In this document: positions 49,837 through 58,707 of the stretch, one piece after another
Layout: every line of letters starts with the position of its first letter
Position numbering within the stretch: the stretch's first letter is position 1
DNA from: Deltaproteobacteria bacterium
GTDB lineage: Bacteria > Myxococcota_A > UBA9160 > SMWR01
Assembly: GCA_032128115.1 (NCBI GenBank)
Contig: JAQBHB010000047.1
Coordinates: 1-64,000 of the forward strand
Reading direction: 5' to 3'
DNA: 64,000 bases
Made by a program: the position numbers and the translations under genes
The notes under the pieces: model-generated
Databases searched by the model: none
Told to the model about the DNA's origin: nothing
The model's input: the letters and a program-made list of their open reading frames with translations, nothing else

Positions 49837-50727
49837 ATGAAGTTCCAGACCCTCCGGTTCGGTCCCCGTGACTTCCTCCACACCATGCAGGAAGAGCTCG
49901 AGCGCGAGCCCTATCGCCGAATCCGGTTGCGGCCGTTGGCGCCCACCATTGGCGCGGAGATCAGCGGCGTTGACCTGGGCGATCTGGACGAGGAGACCTT
50001 CGCCGAAATCGAGCGCGCGCACCTGGGCTACAAGGTGCTGTTCTTCCGCGACCAGGACATCACCACCCAGCAGCACGTGGACTTTTCCCGGCGCTTTGGC
50101 GAGCTGGAGGAACACCCGTTCCTGCCGTCCAAACCGGACTTTCCCGTGGTGATCTCGTTCTCCAAGGACGACCAGGTGAAAGGCGTCGAGAACGTCTGGC
50201 ACAGCGACGTGACCTGGCGCGAGAAGCCGTCCCTGGGCTCGGTGCTGCGCAACCGGGAGGTGCCTCGCGTGGGCGGCGACACCCTGTTCAGCGACATGTT
50301 CGCCGCCTACGAGGGATTGAGCGACGAGGTCAAGCAGCAGATCGAGGGACGCACCGCCGTCCACGACTTCACCCAGAGCTTCGGCCTGGCCATGGGCCCG
50401 GAGACTCGCGCCGCAAAGCAATCCGAGTTTCCGCCGGTGGAACACCCGGTGGTTCGCACCCATCCGGTGAGTGGGAAGAAGGGAATCTACGTGAACGCGA
50501 TCTTCACGGACCATCTCGTGGACATGGAGCACGAAGAGAGCGATCGGCTGCTGAACCACCTGTATCGCCAGGCGGCGATCCCCGAGTACCAGTGCCGCTT
50601 CCACTGGCAGAAGAACAGCATCGCATTCTGGGACAACCGAGCCGTTCAGCACTACGCGGTGTCGGACTACTGGCCCCAGAAACGCGAGATGGAGCGGGTC
50701 ACCATCATCGGCGACCGCCCCGCGTAG
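49837..50727 (+). CDS. TauD/TfdA Fe(II)/2-oxoglutarate dioxygenase
   Basis: WHSD, GGDT, HPVVRTHP, WDNRAVQHYA. Confidence 0.92.
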   Translation: MKFQTLRFGPRDFLHTMQEELEREPYRRIRLRPLAPTIGAEISGVDLGDLDEETFAEIERAHLGYKVLFFRDQDITTQQHVDFSRRFGELEEHPFLPSKPDFPVVISFSKDDQVKGVENVWHSDVTWREKPSLGSVLRNREVPRVGGDTLFSDMFAAYEGLSDEVKQQIEGRTAVHDFTQSFGLAMGPETRAAKQSEFPPVEHPVVRTHPVSGKKGIYVNAIFTDHLVDMEHEESDRLLNHLYRQAAIPEYQCRFHWQKNSIAFWDNRAVQHYAVSDYWPQKREMERVTIIGDRPA

Positions 50728-50745
50728 GCGACCCGGCTCCGTTCA

Positions 50746-51990
50746 TCAGATCTCCGACTCTACGTCGAAGTGGCGCTGGTAGTTGGCGAAGCGCTGGCGC
50801 TCCGCCTCCCGGTCGAGCCCCGTGTCTTCGAAGCTGTAGCGGTGCGCGCCGCGCCGGGACTGGGGGCGCTGTTCCAGGTGGGATCGCATTCGCGACTCAG
50901 CTTCCGGTGTGAGTTTCATCCCGAAGTGATCGTAGAGTCGGCGAAGCATCCCAACCGGGTCGGCCATCAGGTCCGTGTAGCGAACATCGAAGATCTGCGC
51001 CTCGGGGAGAAGTCCCTCGCGTCGCTGCTGCATCGAGCGCTCCAGCATGAAGGCAATCGATCGCATGCTGCGCCGCGCGATCTGGGGAACGTCGACTTGA
51101 TCGCTGCGCATCCAGTACAGGGTTGCTGCCAGGCTCGTCATGGACGCAGCCACGCGCAGGGGGTCCCGATGGGTCTGCACGATGCGCGCGTCCGGGTACT
51201 CGGCGAGCAGGGCCTGCAGCGTCCACAGGTGGCTCGGGGCCTTCAGCACCCAGCGCTCACCCGGGCACCTCCACTGGAGGAGCTGGAGCATGCGCCGGTG
51301 CAGAGCGTAGGCGGGCCCCATGTCACAGCGCGCGAGCCAGGCCGCATAGCTCGGCACCTGATAGGTGCCCGCCAGCAGGTCGCTCCGGAATTCGTGAGCC
51401 ATGAGATAGATGCACTCCTGGGGCGCGCTGCCACCCCCGTCGTGCATCGTGGCGTAGGCCGGGGCGATGCGCTCCCAGCGCTTCACGTCGCGATCGGCGC
51501 GGCGGATGCGCGGGTCGTCGTCGTAGCTGGTCGCCAGCGGCGGCGGGCACGGATGCAGCGCTTCCCAGTGGCGCACCACACGGTGGGCCGGGTCCTGGGA
51601 CAGCAGTTCGTGCAGGATCGAGGTACCGGACCGTCCCGATCCGGTCACGAAGACCGGGGCGCGGATTTCGCCGTCGGCGATCTCGGGATGTCGATGCTGG
51701 GCGGCCGTCATCTCCAGTCGGTTGACGAGCCAGTTCGTCACCTCGTCGCGGGCCAGCACCCGGCCAATGGGCGTGAGGTCGGCCTCGCCGTCGAGCGCAT
51801 CGACGAAGATCTGCAGGGGTTCGAGGAACCCTTCGCCCCCGAAATCGCTGAGCCCCGTCCGACGCACGGCGCCCTCCATCAGCTCCGCCGTGTCCAGTCG
51901 GATGTGGCCCAGCCCCAATGCCGAGCGCACCCGGCCGGCGGCGTTGCGGGCGCGCAGCCAGAGGGGTCGGTCCCGGGGCAGCCAGCGCAC
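50746..51990 (-). CDS. Sulfotransferase family protein
   Basis: GSGRSGTS PAPS loop, WVLKAPSH, THRDP. Confidence 0.88.
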   Translation of the reverse strand: MRWLPRDRPLWLRARNAAGRVRSALGLGHIRLDTAELMEGAVRRTGLSDFGGEGFLEPLQIFVDALDGEADLTPIGRVLARDEVTNWLVNRLEMTAAQHRHPEIADGEIRAPVFVTGSGRSGTSILHELLSQDPAHRVVRHWEALHPCPPPLATSYDDDPRIRRADRDVKRWERIAPAYATMHDGGGSAPQECIYLMAHEFRSDLLAGTYQVPSYAAWLARCDMGPAYALHRRMLQLLQWRCPGERWVLKAPSHLWTLQALLAEYPDARIVQTHRDPLRVAASMTSLAATLYWMRSDQVDVPQIARRSMRSIAFMLERSMQQRREGLLPEAQIFDVRYTDLMADPVGMLRRLYDHFGMKLTPEAESRMRSHLEQRPQSRRGAHRYSFEDTGLDREAERQRFANYQRHFDVESEI

Positions 51991-52003
51991 GGCCCGGCCC
52001 GGC

Positions 52004-53128
52004 CTATCCGCTCAGCTCGGCGGCGGGCACGACGCACACCCGGGGGATCGGGGGGTCGTTCTCCGCCAGCAGCCACCGGAAGCACATGGCGCCCTCGGTG
52101 TGTCCCGCCGTGTCGATCCAGTTGGGGACCCCGGGATCCCGATGGGCCACCACCAGGCGCACGCGTCCGTCCTGGCCGGCGCGGGCCTGTCCGCTGTTGA
52201 TGGAAATGTTGTGATGAACGTAGTCCAGGGATTCGAGCCAGTAGTTGCAGAGCTGGAAGCCCCAGTAGAGGAATCGCTCGGCGGGCTCCACATCGATGAC
52301 CAGTGCCTGGTCCGGGAGGAGCCTCCAGTAGCCGGAGATGTAGAAGAGGTCCGGATCGCCGTGCAGGTGGCGCGTCGACTCGCCCGAAGTGCCCGTCAGC
52401 TGGTTTTCGCGTTGGGCCCAGCCATCGGCCATGCGCAGGAACATGCGTGTGCAGCCGGTGACGAAGGTCGCCGCACGCTCCAGCTGCGCGGCCATGCGCG
52501 CCGGGTCCAGGGCTGGGGGCGGGCCGCTCGCACCAACCCGCTCGATGTGCAGATCCGCTCGCCGCTGGGTGCCGGGTTCGAAGAAGGTCTGGCGCACGAT
52601 CATCCCGGTGGCTTCTGGCGTCAGTGGGATCCAGTTGCCCGGTTGCTCCACGGGGCTCAGCGTCAGTTCGAAGCCGCCGTCGCCGGAAATTGCGAACTCG
52701 TCCAGGTGGTGCTGGGAAAGCGTGCCCTGCCGGCCTCCGGCGCGCCGGGCCCCGTAGAACTCGGCGCCCACGGTGATTCCCACGTACGGCGCCTCGCCCC
52801 GCTGCCCCCACAACCGATAGGTCTGGCTTCCGTCCAGGGCGCAGCGCAGGTACACGTTGTCCGGGTTGTCCACGCCGAATTTTTTGTGTGCGTCGGCGTT
52901 GCGGTAGAGGGTGGGGAAGAGCGGGTCGGCGTTCTCTACGAAGGTCCACAGTGCGGTGGTGCAGAGGCGACTCAGGTAGCGGTACCCCTCGGCCCGGTCG
53001 ATGGACGTGTCGGGAGCGTTCGCCTCGCGGATCCGCATCTCGGCATCGCGTTGGGCCGCGATCCAGGCTTCGTGGGCGGCGCGCAGGGCGGCCGCCGCCG
53101 ACGTGGCGTCCGCCCCCGGCGTGGTCAC
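52004..53128 (-). CDS. DUF1214-containing protein (Rv3531c-like)
   Basis: RAEGYRYL, GVDNPDNVY, GNWIPL, WLESLDY, DPGVPNWIDTAGH; GTGA overlap with upstream stop. Confidence 0.8.
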   Translation of the reverse strand: MTTPGADATSAAAALRAAHEAWIAAQRDAEMRIREANAPDTSIDRAEGYRYLSRLCTTALWTFVENADPLFPTLYRNADAHKKFGVDNPDNVYLRCALDGSQTYRLWGQRGEAPYVGITVGAEFYGARRAGGRQGTLSQHHLDEFAISGDGGFELTLSPVEQPGNWIPLTPEATGMIVRQTFFEPGTQRRADLHIERVGASGPPPALDPARMAAQLERAATFVTGCTRMFLRMADGWAQRENQLTGTSGESTRHLHGDPDLFYISGYWRLLPDQALVIDVEPAERFLYWGFQLCNYWLESLDYVHHNISINSGQARAGQDGRVRLVVAHRDPGVPNWIDTAGHTEGAMCFRWLLAENDPPIPRVCVVPAAELSG

Positions 53129-54681
53129 GGGCGCGGGCTGTAGCGGCGGGGTCCGCGCGAGGTTCGCAGCTGCGACTGGATCTCGTCGATCCACTCGCAA
53201 AGGCGCGGGCGCGTGGTTCGCGGGTCGATCAGGTCGTGTACGCCGAACTCCTCGGCGCGCGGGAATACCGACTGGGCGCTGGCGTGCTCCGCCTCCAGCT
53301 CGGCGCGGCGTGCGTCCGGGTCGTTCGCGCTCTCGATCTCGCGGCGATACGCCAGGGCCACGCCGCCCTCCACTGGAAGGGCGCCGCTCTCGGCGGAGGG
53401 CCAGGCCAGCACCGTGCTGATGGGGCCCAGGTGGATGCCGGCGGCCACGCCGAAGGCCTTGCGGACCAGGATCGCCAGCCAGGGCACGCGGGTCTGGGCC
53501 ACGGCGAACATGGCCTGCATTCCGTAGCGGATGGTTCCCGCCCGCTCGGCCTCGGGTCCGATCATGAAGCCCGGCTCGTCCACGAAGCTCACGATGGGCA
53601 GGCCGAAGGCATCGCACAACTCGGCGAAGCGCCGCACCTTCTGGGCCCCCTCCGCCGTCATCGACCCGCCCGCGTGGTAACAGTCGTTGGCGAGTACGCC
53701 CACCGGTTGCCCGTTCACCCGCGCGAGTCCGGTGATCTGGCTCGGCCCGTAGTGCCGGGTCATCTCGAACCACGATCCGCGATCGACGATCAGATCGATC
53801 ACGCGCCGCATCTTGTAGGCGCGCCGGCGATTGCGCGGAATGATGGAGAGCAGCTCTTCTTCCTGGCGTGCGGGCGTGTCGTCGCTCTCGATCACGGGCG
53901 CGGCTTCCCAGACGTTGCCGGGCAGGTAGGAAAGGAAGGCCCGCACCTGGCGCCAGACGTCGGCCTCGTCTTCCGCCGCGTTGTCCACCACGCCGCTGCG
54001 CAGGTGCACCTGGGCGCCGCCCAGCTCCTCCTTGGTGATCTTCAGCCCCAGCGCCCTCTCAACCAGCACCGGTCCTCCGCTCATCACCTGGGCCGTGTCG
54101 CGAGTCATGATCGACAGGTGCGAGGCCACCAGGCGTGCGGCGGGGAATCCGGCCACCGGACCCAGCGCCGCGCAGACCACCGGCACCGTGGCCAGGGCTT
54201 CCATGGACAGCAGGTTGAGGGGCGAGGGCGAGGTGAGGTCGTAGCCGGAGCGGCCTTTGGTTCCCGAGGCACCGGCGATGCTGGCGCCGCCGCCCTCGAG
54301 CAATCTCACCAGGGGCAGCCGTCGCCGGATCGCGAGCTCGTCGGCGTACTGGCCCTTGCGAAGGGCCGATGGCGAGTAGGCGGCGCCGCGAATCGTGAAG
54401 TCGTCGCCGCCCACCACCACCAGCCGACCGTCGATGCGGGCCACACCCGCCACCACATTGGCCGGCGTGAAGTCCACCACCCGGCCTTCGGCATCGGTCT
54501 CGGCGTTGCCCACGATGCCGCCGTGTTCCTGGAAGCTCCCCACGTCCACCAGTGCATCGATGCGTTCGCGCACGGTCAGGCGCCCGCGGGCGTGCTGCTT
54601 CTCCACGGCATCGTCGCCGCCCAGTTTTCTGGCCAGCTCGCGGCGCCGTTGGATCTCGTCGACTTCTTTCTTCCAGCTCAT
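53125..54681 (-). CDS. Acyl-CoA carboxylase carboxyltransferase subunit
   Basis: GRLTVRERI, DFTIRG, LGGAQVH..SG, FVDEPGF, IDPRTTR. Confidence 0.9.
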   Translation of the reverse strand: MSWKKEVDEIQRRRELARKLGGDDAVEKQHARGRLTVRERIDALVDVGSFQEHGGIVGNAETDAEGRVVDFTPANVVAGVARIDGRLVVVGGDDFTIRGAAYSPSALRKGQYADELAIRRRLPLVRLLEGGGASIAGASGTKGRSGYDLTSPSPLNLLSMEALATVPVVCAALGPVAGFPAARLVASHLSIMTRDTAQVMSGGPVLVERALGLKITKEELGGAQVHLRSGVVDNAAEDEADVWRQVRAFLSYLPGNVWEAAPVIESDDTPARQEEELLSIIPRNRRRAYKMRRVIDLIVDRGSWFEMTRHYGPSQITGLARVNGQPVGVLANDCYHAGGSMTAEGAQKVRRFAELCDAFGLPIVSFVDEPGFMIGPEAERAGTIRYGMQAMFAVAQTRVPWLAILVRKAFGVAAGIHLGPISTVLAWPSAESGALPVEGGVALAYRREIESANDPDARRAELEAEHASAQSVFPRAEEFGVHDLIDPRTTRPRLCEWIDEIQSQLRTSRGPRRYSPRP

Positions 54682-54697
54682 GGAGATCGGGGGCCGG

Positions 54698-55117
54698 TCA
54701 GCTCGGGATGTCCTTCAAGACCACGACCGGGATCACGCGCGAGGTCCTGCTCTCGTAGGTGGCGTAGCGCGGGTTCTTCTCCTTCACCCACGGCCACAGT
54801 TCGTCGCGCTCGGGGCCGGTGGCTTCGTGGGCGTGCATACGGCGCTCGTCGCGGCCGAAGTGGACCGTGGCATCGGGGTTCTTCTGCAGATTGAGCCACC
54901 AGGCCGGCGGGTGGTCCTGGCCGTTGTTGGATCCCACGATCACGATGTCGTTTCCGCGCGGGTAGCAGGCCAGCGGAATCGTGCGTTCGAGGCCGCTCTT
55001 GCGGCCGTTGGTGGTGAGCAACAGCATGTCGTAGCCGGCCATTCTCGCGCCGATGCGTCCGCCGGTCTTCTGATACACCCAACGGTGCATCCTGGTGAAC
55101 CACTCCCAGTTGGCCAT
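54698..55117 (-). CDS. Deazaflavin (F420)-dependent nitroreductase family (Ddn-like)
   Basis: LLTTNGRKSG, SNNG...PAWWLNL, Y..RTSRVIPVV. Confidence 0.9.
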   Translation of the reverse strand: MANWEWFTRMHRWVYQKTGGRIGARMAGYDMLLLTTNGRKSGLERTIPLACYPRGNDIVIVGSNNGQDHPPAWWLNLQKNPDATVHFGRDERRMHAHEATGPERDELWPWVKEKNPRYATYESRTSRVIPVVVLKDIPS

Positions 55118-55150
55118 GGCGTATTACCTCGATTTGGGCGTCACTATTCG

Positions 55151-55204
55151 GTGCCGCAAGCGGGCCTCCGGGCCGCGCGCAGCGAGCCGAAGGCGAGCGC
55201 AGTC
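55151..55204. repeat. REP-like intergenic palindromic element
   Basis: GCGCGCAGCGAGCCGAAGGCGAGCGCAGT with C(TTCG)G tetraloop on minus strand plus adjacent GC hairpin; single copy here. Confidence 0.45.
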
Positions 55205-55212
55205 AAAAAAAA

Positions 55213-56400
55213 CTAACGCTTGACGAGAACCGACGACCCGTGGCCGAACAGGCCCTGGTTCACCGACAGGCCCACCTTGGCGCCCTCTACCTGGCGCTCG
55301 CCGGCCTCGCCTCGCAGCTGCCATGTGAGTTCGCACACCTGGGCAATGGCCTGGGCGGGCACGGCCTCGCCGAAGCAGCTGAGGCCACCGCTGGGGTTCA
55401 CGGGGATCCGGCCCCCCAGGGTGGTGGCGCCGTCCGAGAGCAGCTTCTCGGCCTCGCCCGGTTTACAGAGTCCGATGTTCTCGTACCAATCGAGTTCGAG
55501 AGCCGACGACAGGTCGTATACCTCGGCCAGGTCCAGGTCTTCCGGCCCCAGGCCCGAGGCCTCGTAGCAGCGCTTGGCGATGGAGTCCTTGAAGGGCGTG
55601 TCGGGCACCGATGTGCCGGCAGCCGAGTCGGTGGCAAAATTGGGCATCTCGATGATGGTGTTGGGGTATCGCGGCGTCACCGTGGAGACCGCGGCGACCC
55701 TCACGGGATTGCTGGTGTGCTTGCGCGCGAACTCCATGCTCGACAGCACCATGGCTGCGCCCCCATCGCTGGTGGCGCAGATCTGCATCAGCCGCAGGGG
55801 GTCCGACACCATGGGCGACGCGAGCACGTCTTCGATGCTGAAGGCCTTCTTGTAGCGGGCGTTGGGGTTGGTGTAGCCGTGGCGGCTGTTCTTGACCTTC
55901 ACCTTGGCGAAGTCGAGTTCGGTGGCGCCGTAGAGCTCCATGCGTCGGCGTGCGTAGAGCCCGAAGTAGACCGGGTTGGTGGCGCCGAGCAGTCGGAAGC
56001 GCAGCCAGTCGGGATCGGTTTCGCGGGCGCCGCCCGTGGGCGCGAAGAAGCCCTTGGGTGCGGCGTCGGCTCCCACCACCAGCGCCACGTCGCACAGTCC
56101 GGCCAGGATGCGCGCTCGCGCGGTGTCGATGGCCTGGGCTCCCGTGGCGCAGGCTCCGTAGGTGCTGGCCACCTGGGCGCCCGACCAGCCCAGGGCCTGG
56201 GCGAAGGTCGCTCCGGCCACATAGCCCGGGTAGCCGTTGCGCATGGTGTCGCCGCCAGCCACGAACTGGATGTCGGTCCATGCGAGTCCGGAATCCTTCA
56301 GGGCGTCGCGCGCGGCCTTGACGCCGTACTCGACGAAGTTCCGGCCCCACTTGCCCCACGGGTGCATGCCCACACCCAGGATCGCGACTTCCTTCTCCAT
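55213..56400 (-). CDS. SCP2-type thiolase ('lipid-transfer protein') retaining the catalytic Cys
   Basis: GACATG, ICATSDGG, EVYDLS, NPSGG, NQGLFG. Confidence 0.9.
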   Translation of the reverse strand: MEKEVAILGVGMHPWGKWGRNFVEYGVKAARDALKDSGLAWTDIQFVAGGDTMRNGYPGYVAGATFAQALGWSGAQVASTYGACATGAQAIDTARARILAGLCDVALVVGADAAPKGFFAPTGGARETDPDWLRFRLLGATNPVYFGLYARRRMELYGATELDFAKVKVKNSRHGYTNPNARYKKAFSIEDVLASPMVSDPLRLMQICATSDGGAAMVLSSMEFARKHTSNPVRVAAVSTVTPRYPNTIIEMPNFATDSAAGTSVPDTPFKDSIAKRCYEASGLGPEDLDLAEVYDLSSALELDWYENIGLCKPGEAEKLLSDGATTLGGRIPVNPSGGLSCFGEAVPAQAIAQVCELTWQLRGEAGERQVEGAKVGLSVNQGLFGHGSSVLVKR

Positions 56401-56423
56401 CGGTTCTCCCGCGGGTGGCCGCG

Positions 56424-56864
56424 CTAGGCGGCGACCGGCCTCCACTTCCAGATCATGAACTCGTGGTCGTCGTCCTCGTAGAGTTTGTCGATGACCACTT
56501 CCATCTCCATACCCGCCTCGAGGTCGGCGACGTCCACGCCCGGAACCACCTGGCCCAACACCACCATCTTCTCCTCTTCCAGCTCGACGGCAGCGATGGC
56601 GTAGGGCTCGAAGGGGTCCGACGCCACGTAGGGCGCCGGGGGCGGATAGCAGTTGTTGGTGAATGACCAGAGTCGGCCGCGCGGGCTCAGCGCCACCTCT
56701 TTCAGGTCGGTGCTGTCGCAGACGGGATTGCGGCAGTAGGCCGTCTCCTTCGGAAAGAAGTAGGTCCCACAGCCCACGCACTTCGTGCCCAACAGGCGGG
56801 GGTCGCCCGGGTCCATCCGGAACCAGCCCTCGATGGCCGGGGCCTTCGTCTTTTCTCGGCTCAT
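56424..56864 (-). CDS. DUF35 Zn-ribbon/OB-fold protein
   Basis: LLGTKCVGC...FFP...CRNPVC, GRLWSFT, GMEM. Confidence 0.88.
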   Translation of the reverse strand: MSREKTKAPAIEGWFRMDPGDPRLLGTKCVGCGTYFFPKETAYCRNPVCDSTDLKEVALSPRGRLWSFTNNCYPPPAPYVASDPFEPYAIAAVELEEEKMVVLGQVVPGVDVADLEAGMEMEVVIDKLYEDDDHEFMIWKWRPVAA

Positions 56865-56894
56865 GGCCCCAGTTTTTATCACACTCTCGGGTTC

Positions 56895-56911
56895 CGAGAC
56901 GTTGCGTCTAG
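56895..56911. promoter_or_regulatory. Palindromic operator (same motif as 26615, 44747, 57001)
   Basis: CGAGACGTTGCGTCTAG; reverse complement CTAGACGCAACGTCTCG. Confidence 0.7.
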
Positions 56912-56995
56912 CAATCCTCGCTGCTCCGGTGGCGAATTTCTCCGCAAAAACGAGTCCTTGAGCGATCGGGCGGCGAGCCGCCGGGCGCCTCCGCC

Positions 56996-57024
56996 TTTAC
57001 TGAAACGATACGTCTCGTTATTAT
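56996..57024 (+). promoter_or_regulatory. Sigma70-like promoter of the ipdAB operon with operator in the spacer
   Basis: TTTACT-17-TATTAT; TGAAACGATACGTCTCG at 57001-57017. Confidence 0.7.
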
Positions 57025-57073
57025 GAGCCGCCCGCCGCCGCTCCGCGGTAGCGTTGTCCGCCACGGAGGCCCC

Positions 57074-57937
57074 ATGGACAAGCGCACCACCACTGCCGCC
57101 GTGGTGGCCGAGCTGCGAGATGGCATGACGCTCGGCATCGGGGGCTGGGGCTCGCGTCGCAAGCCCATGGCGCTGGTGCGCGAGATCCTGCGCTCGCCGC
57201 TTCGCGACCTCACCCTCGTCTCCTACGGCGGCCCCGATGTGGGGCTGCTGTGCGCCGCCGGCAAGCTGAAGAAGGTGGTCTACGGCTTCGTGTCCCTGGA
57301 CTCGATTCCGCTCGAGCCCCACTTCCGCCACGCGCGACAGACCGGAGGCGTCGAGGTCGTCGAGCTCGACGAGGGCATGCTGCAGTGGGGTCTCTACGCG
57401 GCTGGTTTGCGACTGCCGTTCCTGCCCACACGCGCCGGGCTCGGGACCGACGTGCTCGAGCACAACCCGTTCCTGAAGCGCGTGAAGTCGCCCTATGAAG
57501 ACGGGGAGGAGCTGGTGGCGATGCCCGCGCTCGAGCTCGACGCAGCGTTCATCCACATGAACCGGGCCGACGTGCGCGGCAACGGACAGTTCCTGGGCCC
57601 GGATCCGTACTTCGACGATCTCTACTGCATGGCGGCGAAGCGGCGCTTCATGACCTGCGAGAAGATCGTCGAGACCCCCGACCTGCTGAAGGCGGGATCC
57701 ACGCACACGCTGCTGATCCATCGCGCCCTGGTGGACGGCGTGATCGAGACGCCAAACGGCGCTCACTTCACCGAGTGCCCGCCGGACTACGGGCGCGACG
57801 AGAGCTTCCAGCGCGAGTACGCCGTAAACGCCCGCGACCCGGAAGGCTGGGCCCCCTTTTCGAAGCGGTATCTCGAGCTCGACTCGGAAGCGGCCTACCA
57901 GGAGGCCGTGAAGGCCCATGGCGGAAAGATCGGATGA
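57074..57937 (+). CDS. ipdA: Steroid ring-C-cleaving hydrolase subunit IpdA (class I CoA-transferase fold)
   Basis: GIGGWGSRRKPMA, YGFVSLDS, DEGML, GPDPYFDD, YGRDE; operon context. Confidence 0.88.
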   Translation: MDKRTTTAAVVAELRDGMTLGIGGWGSRRKPMALVREILRSPLRDLTLVSYGGPDVGLLCAAGKLKKVVYGFVSLDSIPLEPHFRHARQTGGVEVVELDEGMLQWGLYAAGLRLPFLPTRAGLGTDVLEHNPFLKRVKSPYEDGEELVAMPALELDAAFIHMNRADVRGNGQFLGPDPYFDDLYCMAAKRRFMTCEKIVETPDLLKAGSTHTLLIHRALVDGVIETPNGAHFTECPPDYGRDESFQREYAVNARDPEGWAPFSKRYLELDSEAAYQEAVKAHGGKIG

Positions 57938-58695
57938 GCGAATTCACCCGGGCGGAAGCGTGCGCGGTGGCGGTGGCCGAGGTCTTCCGCGGCGACGGCG
58001 AGATCATGGCGAGTTCGTTCGGAACCGTGCCTGCCATCGGGGCCCGGCTCGCGAAGCTCAGCTTCGAACCCGACCTGATGATGACCGACGGGATCGCCCA
58101 CCTCCTGGCCGACGTGCAGCCCGTGAGCGGCGATACGGATCCCGACCCGGTGATCGAGGGCTGGATGCCCTTCCGCCGCGTCTTCGACACGCTCTGGTCC
58201 GGCCGCAGGCATGTGGTGATGATGGCCAGCCAGATCGATCGCTACGGCAACCACAACTTCGCCTGCATCGGCGACTACGCGAAACCCAAGGCCCAGCTCC
58301 TGGGCATGCGCGGCGCCCCGGGCAACACCATCAGTCACCCCACCAGCTACTGGGTTCCGAGCCACGGCCCCAAGGTCTTTGTCGAGAAGGTGGACGTGGT
58401 TTCGGGCGTGGGATACGACCGGGCCGCAAAGCTCGGCGCGTCGGCGCGTTTCCACGAGATCCGGCGCGTGATCTCGAATCTGGGTGTCTTCGACTTCGCG
58501 ACACCCGACCACCGCATGCGGTTGGCGTCGTTGCACCCGGGCGTGGGTCTCGACGAGGTCGTCTCCAACACGGGCTTCGAGCTGGTGATCGACGCCGATG
58601 TGCCCGAGACGCCTGCTCCCACACAAGAGCAGCTGCGCCTGATCCGAGAGGTGCTGGATCCGCAATCGCTTCGCGACAAAGAAGTGAAGGTCTGA
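57934..58695 (+). CDS. ipdB: Steroid ring-C-cleaving hydrolase subunit IpdB
   Basis: TRAEAC, EGWMPF, GRRHV, QIDRYGN, GMRGAPGN. Confidence 0.88.
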   Translation: MSEFTRAEACAVAVAEVFRGDGEIMASSFGTVPAIGARLAKLSFEPDLMMTDGIAHLLADVQPVSGDTDPDPVIEGWMPFRRVFDTLWSGRRHVVMMASQIDRYGNHNFACIGDYAKPKAQLLGMRGAPGNTISHPTSYWVPSHGPKVFVEKVDVVSGVGYDRAAKLGASARFHEIRRVISNLGVFDFATPDHRMRLASLHPGVGLDEVVSNTGFELVIDADVPETPAPTQEQLRLIREVLDPQSLRDKEVKV

Positions 58696-58707
58696 AAGAG
58701 GCCCCGC

